Shown piece by piece: positions 60,925-64,000 of a stretch of DNA of 64,000 bases. The DNA comes from an uncultured bacterium. GTDB taxonomy: Bacteria > Patescibacteriota > Minisyncoccia > Phycocordibacterales > Phycocordibacteraceae. The translations under genes were made by a program, and so were the position numbers. Within the stretch, counting starts at the first letter, position 1. The number at the start of each line of letters is the position of its first letter. A model generated the notes under the pieces. It saw nothing but the letters and a program-made list of their open reading frames with translations. It searched no databases and had not been told where the DNA came from. Where the stretch lies: contig CAWKPH010000001.1 in NCBI GenBank assembly GCA_963851445.1, positions 233,363 to 297,362 on the forward strand, in the 5' to 3' direction.

Positions 60925-62761
60925 ATGGCACTTCTCGATTTTCTTAATAATAAGAAGGCTGCTGCTCCACAAGTTGCGGCAGTGTTGCCCAAGGATATCT
61001 ATGCCCAGGGTACACTCGACCTTGCTGATACCATAGCGCCAGCAGCGCTTAAGGTGAGCTCGAAAGACATCGAAATAGGGGAGAAATTTGCTCGTTCCTT
61101 TTATACAATTTCGTACCCTCGTTTCCTCGCGGACAGTTGGTTTACACCTATTGTAAATCTCGACAAGGTGCTGGATGTGGCTATATTTATTCATCCGATA
61201 GACACTGGTGAAGCCCTTCGTGGTTTTCAAAAGAAAGTTGCTGAGGTACAAAGCCAGATATCCGAGCGTGCTGATAAGGGCCTCGTACGTGATCCTATGC
61301 TCGATACGGCATATCAAGATCTCGAGAATCTCCGCGATCAGCTCCAACAAGCGCAGGAACATCTATTTGAGGTCGGATTATATATTACGCTTTATGCAAA
61401 TTCTAAAGAGGAGCTCGATAAAATTGAGGGGGAGGTTCGCGGCATTCTCGAAGCAAAACTCATCTATACAAAACCAGCGCTCTTCCAGCAAGAACAAGGA
61501 TTTCGTTCAACGCTCCCTCTAGCTAACGACGAACTTAATGTAACCTCGAAGCTTAACTCATCTCCACTTTCTTCAATTTTTCCATTTGTTTCGTTTGATC
61601 TCACCAGTGATCGAGGCATTTTGTACGGCATTAATCGACACAATGCTTCCCTTATTCTTTTTGATCGCTTCTCGCTTGAAAACTATAACTCCGTGACATT
61701 CGCGAAATCAGGTTCAGGTAAATCATATGCAGTGAAACTTGAAATCCTCCGTACGCTCATGTTCGATACCGATGTCATTGTTATCGATCCCGAACGTGAA
61801 TATGAATTTCTTGCGCAATCTACCGGTGGGCGTCTCTTCAATATCTCCCTTTCATCCGAAAACCATATTAATCCGTTCGACTTACCACCTGTAAAGGAGG
61901 ACGAGGAACCAAATGATATTTTGCGTTCGAATATCATTAATCTTGTTGGCCTTTTCCGCATCATGCTCGGAGGCCTCAGTCCTGAGGAGGATGCCATTAT
62001 CGATCGCGCAATCACTGAAACCTATGCCTTGAAGGACATTACGGGTGATGTCGATTTTACTGGCATGCTTCCGCCCATCCTTGCTGACTTCGAAAGCGTG
62101 CTTTCGGGTATGGAAGGGAGCGAGTCATTGGTGCAGCGTCTTTCTAAATACACCCACGGCACCTGGGCAGGATTCCTTAATCAACCGACGAATATTGATA
62201 TTAACAAACAGTTTGTGGTTTTCTCGGTACGAGACATGGAGGACGAATTCGAAGCCCGTGGCGATGTATATCGTCACGCACTATATATGGAATGCAATCC
62301 GTCATGAATTGAAAAAGCGTCTCCTAGTCATTGATGAGGCATGGTGGATGATGAAATCAGAGGACACCGCATCATTTCTTTATAGTCTCGCAAAGCGCGG
62401 TCGCAAATATTATCTTGGTATCTCAACCATCACGCAGGATGTTGAGGACTTCTTGCGTAGTCCCTATGGAAAACCAATTCTCACAAACTCATCGATACAA
62501 CTTCTTCTCAAACAATCGCCGACAACGGTTGATGTGCTGCAGGAAACATTTCATCTTACTGATGAGGAGAAGTATCTGCTCCTCGAGTCGGGTGTAGGGG
62601 AGGGACTTTTCTTTGCAGGACTCAAGCATGTCGCCATCAAGATAGTTGCTTCATATACCGAAGATCAAATAATCACCTCGGATCCTTCACAACTTCTTGC
62701 GATTCGTAAAGAAAAGGAGCGCCACGAAACAGAAAATACTGAAGATGTGAGTAGTAAATAA
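60925..62761 (+). CDS. VirB4/TraE-like ATPase (one apparent +1 frameshift near 62250)
   Basis: AKSGSGKS Walker A, IDPERE, INPFD, VIDEAW, RGRKY..TITQ. Confidence 0.9.
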
Positions 62762-62804
62762 AGTCTGCCTCAAAAAACCTCAGTGGTAGGAGTAGAATAG
62801 AGTT

Positions 62805-63326
62805 ATGCCTCTTGGACCAATGCCTGTAGAGCCGAAAAAGCGTGTCACGGTCTGGACGTGGCTCATATTCTTTGGACTCTTTGCGCCTGCCGATGCTTTG
62901 AAATGTTTGCTGCTTCTGGGAGATCTTATTCCCGTTTTGGGCTGGATTGTGGATGGTGTTGTTTCTCTCATCGTTTCGATACCGGAGGCAACGGGGTATG
63001 TAGGCTTGTGGGGCACTGGTCTTTATCGAGGAAGTAAGCATGGGGGACTTGTTAATGTAGTTATAAGCTGGGCGACTATTGGACTTGATTTTACGCCTGT
63101 TCTCGATGCCTTTCCTTTTACCGCGCCGAGTGTTCTTTTTGTAATCCTTAAGGCAAAAGCTATAGATAAGCTTGAGTATGTGGAGTATAAGGTTAAACTA
63201 GCTGCGTGGCAGAAGCAGCACCAGGATGAAGAAGCTATACGACTCCAAATCGCACAGAATGCAGCGGCCAATGCTAACGCGCAAAGAGAACAGGCAATGG
63301 CTATGTCTCTTGCAGCGAACGCATAG
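62805..63326 (+). CDS. Hypothetical membrane protein
   Basis: Hydrophobic segments and helical C-terminus. Confidence 0.6.
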   Translation: MPLGPMPVEPKKRVTVWTWLIFFGLFAPADALKCLLLLGDLIPVLGWIVDGVVSLIVSIPEATGYVGLWGTGLYRGSKHGGLVNVVISWATIGLDFTPVLDAFPFTAPSVLFVILKAKAIDKLEYVEYKVKLAAWQKQHQDEEAIRLQIAQNAAANANAQREQAMAMSLAANA

Positions 63327-63406
63327 TGGACCTTTAACAAATGCTCGTGCAACATAATACCCAGCACGTATCATAAGGAACCCCTTAGAAGCGCTATACT
63401 ATCATC

Positions 63407-64000
63407 ATGCGCCGCATCTCTGGCTTTGGTACGCTTGCTATTTCGGGTCTGCTCGTATCATCTTTGATTTACGTTTCGACAATCTCTCCCCTACAAACGC
63501 ATGCCCAGACGATAGGAACTACTGATCCTCTTACTCTGGATGTGAGTCCGGAGTATCCGGTTCCATATCAAACAGTCACAATTACCCCCTCGAGTACTCT
63601 TTTTGATATTGGCGATAGTACTGTAACGGTAACAGTGAACGGGCAGGCATTCTTTAGTGGAACAGGGGGAGCGGGTATAAATGTGCCAGTAGGTGGGCCA
63701 GGAACTGCCACCACCGTTGTTGTGTCGGTCGTCTCTGGTGGACAAACGTACACACAACAGCTCACGATCAGGCCCGCACAGGTTGCGCTTGTGACAGAGC
63801 CGATCTCAACAACGCATGAGTTTTACGAAGGCGAGGGATTAGTGAGTCCTGAAGGTGAAGTACGCCTCATTGCCATTCCGGATTTCCGAACAAGTTCCGG
63901 AAAGGAAATCGATCCCGCAAGCCTTGAATATACCTGGAGTCTCGGGGATCAGATACTTCAAAGTGATTCTGGCATAGGACAGTCAGTGCTTGATGCAACA
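63407..64000 (+). CDS. Secreted Ig-like hypothetical protein, 3'-truncated
   Basis: MRRISGFGTLAISGLL..; open to the window end; TATACT 6 nt before ATG. Confidence 0.7.
   Translation, partial: MRRISGFGTLAISGLLVSSLIYVSTISPLQTHAQTIGTTDPLTLDVSPEYPVPYQTVTITPSSTLFDIGDSTVTVTVNGQAFFSGTGGAGINVPVGGPGTATTVVVSVVSGGQTYTQQLTIRPAQVALVTEPISTTHEFYEGEGLVSPEGEVRLIAIPDFRTSSGKEIDPASLEYTWSLGDQILQSDSGIGQSVLDAT

Noticed and set aside
62240-62310. virB4 split into two genes
   Set aside because: Removing one base near 62250 gives a continuous ATPase with Walker B.

Overview
64 kb of a Patescibacteria (CPR)-like chromosome, probably Parcubacteria. This is inferred from gene content: type IV pilus cluster, PrgI/VirB4/VirB6-like cluster, compact housekeeping genes and tRNAs without encoded CCA; genetic code 11. 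Core genes include pgk, tpiA, pilB/pilC with minor pilins, nusA, ppa, clpP, rny, HU, a GT2 exopolysaccharide locus beside a two-component system, an ApbE/FMN-binding/NqrB-FNR flavinylation module, an ECF sigma factor, radC, cca, xth, a Xer-family recombinase, rpsO, pcrA, rsmA and four tRNAs. The most unusual region is 1-4.9 kb. It is a same-strand array of unrelated single-gene units (promoter, SD-led gene, terminator) whose junctions carry a conserved ~25 bp motif (ATA..AA.A.GTTCTAA.., often followed by CGTCCTCTA). It resembles a gene-cassette array but lacks attC structure. A degenerate copy of the motif lies directly upstream of the Xer-family recombinase. Also notable are a beta-barrel-like protein in a presumed monoderm, a GcrA-like protein, a divergent shikimate dehydrogenase/ASCH pair at a tRNA-Gly, clustered parS-like sites and DnaA boxes, and apparently leaderless core genes. 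Frameshifts in rny, HU, the VirB6-like gene and virB4 are mostly single-base insertions and probably sequencing errors. All calls were made by eye, with no database searches.
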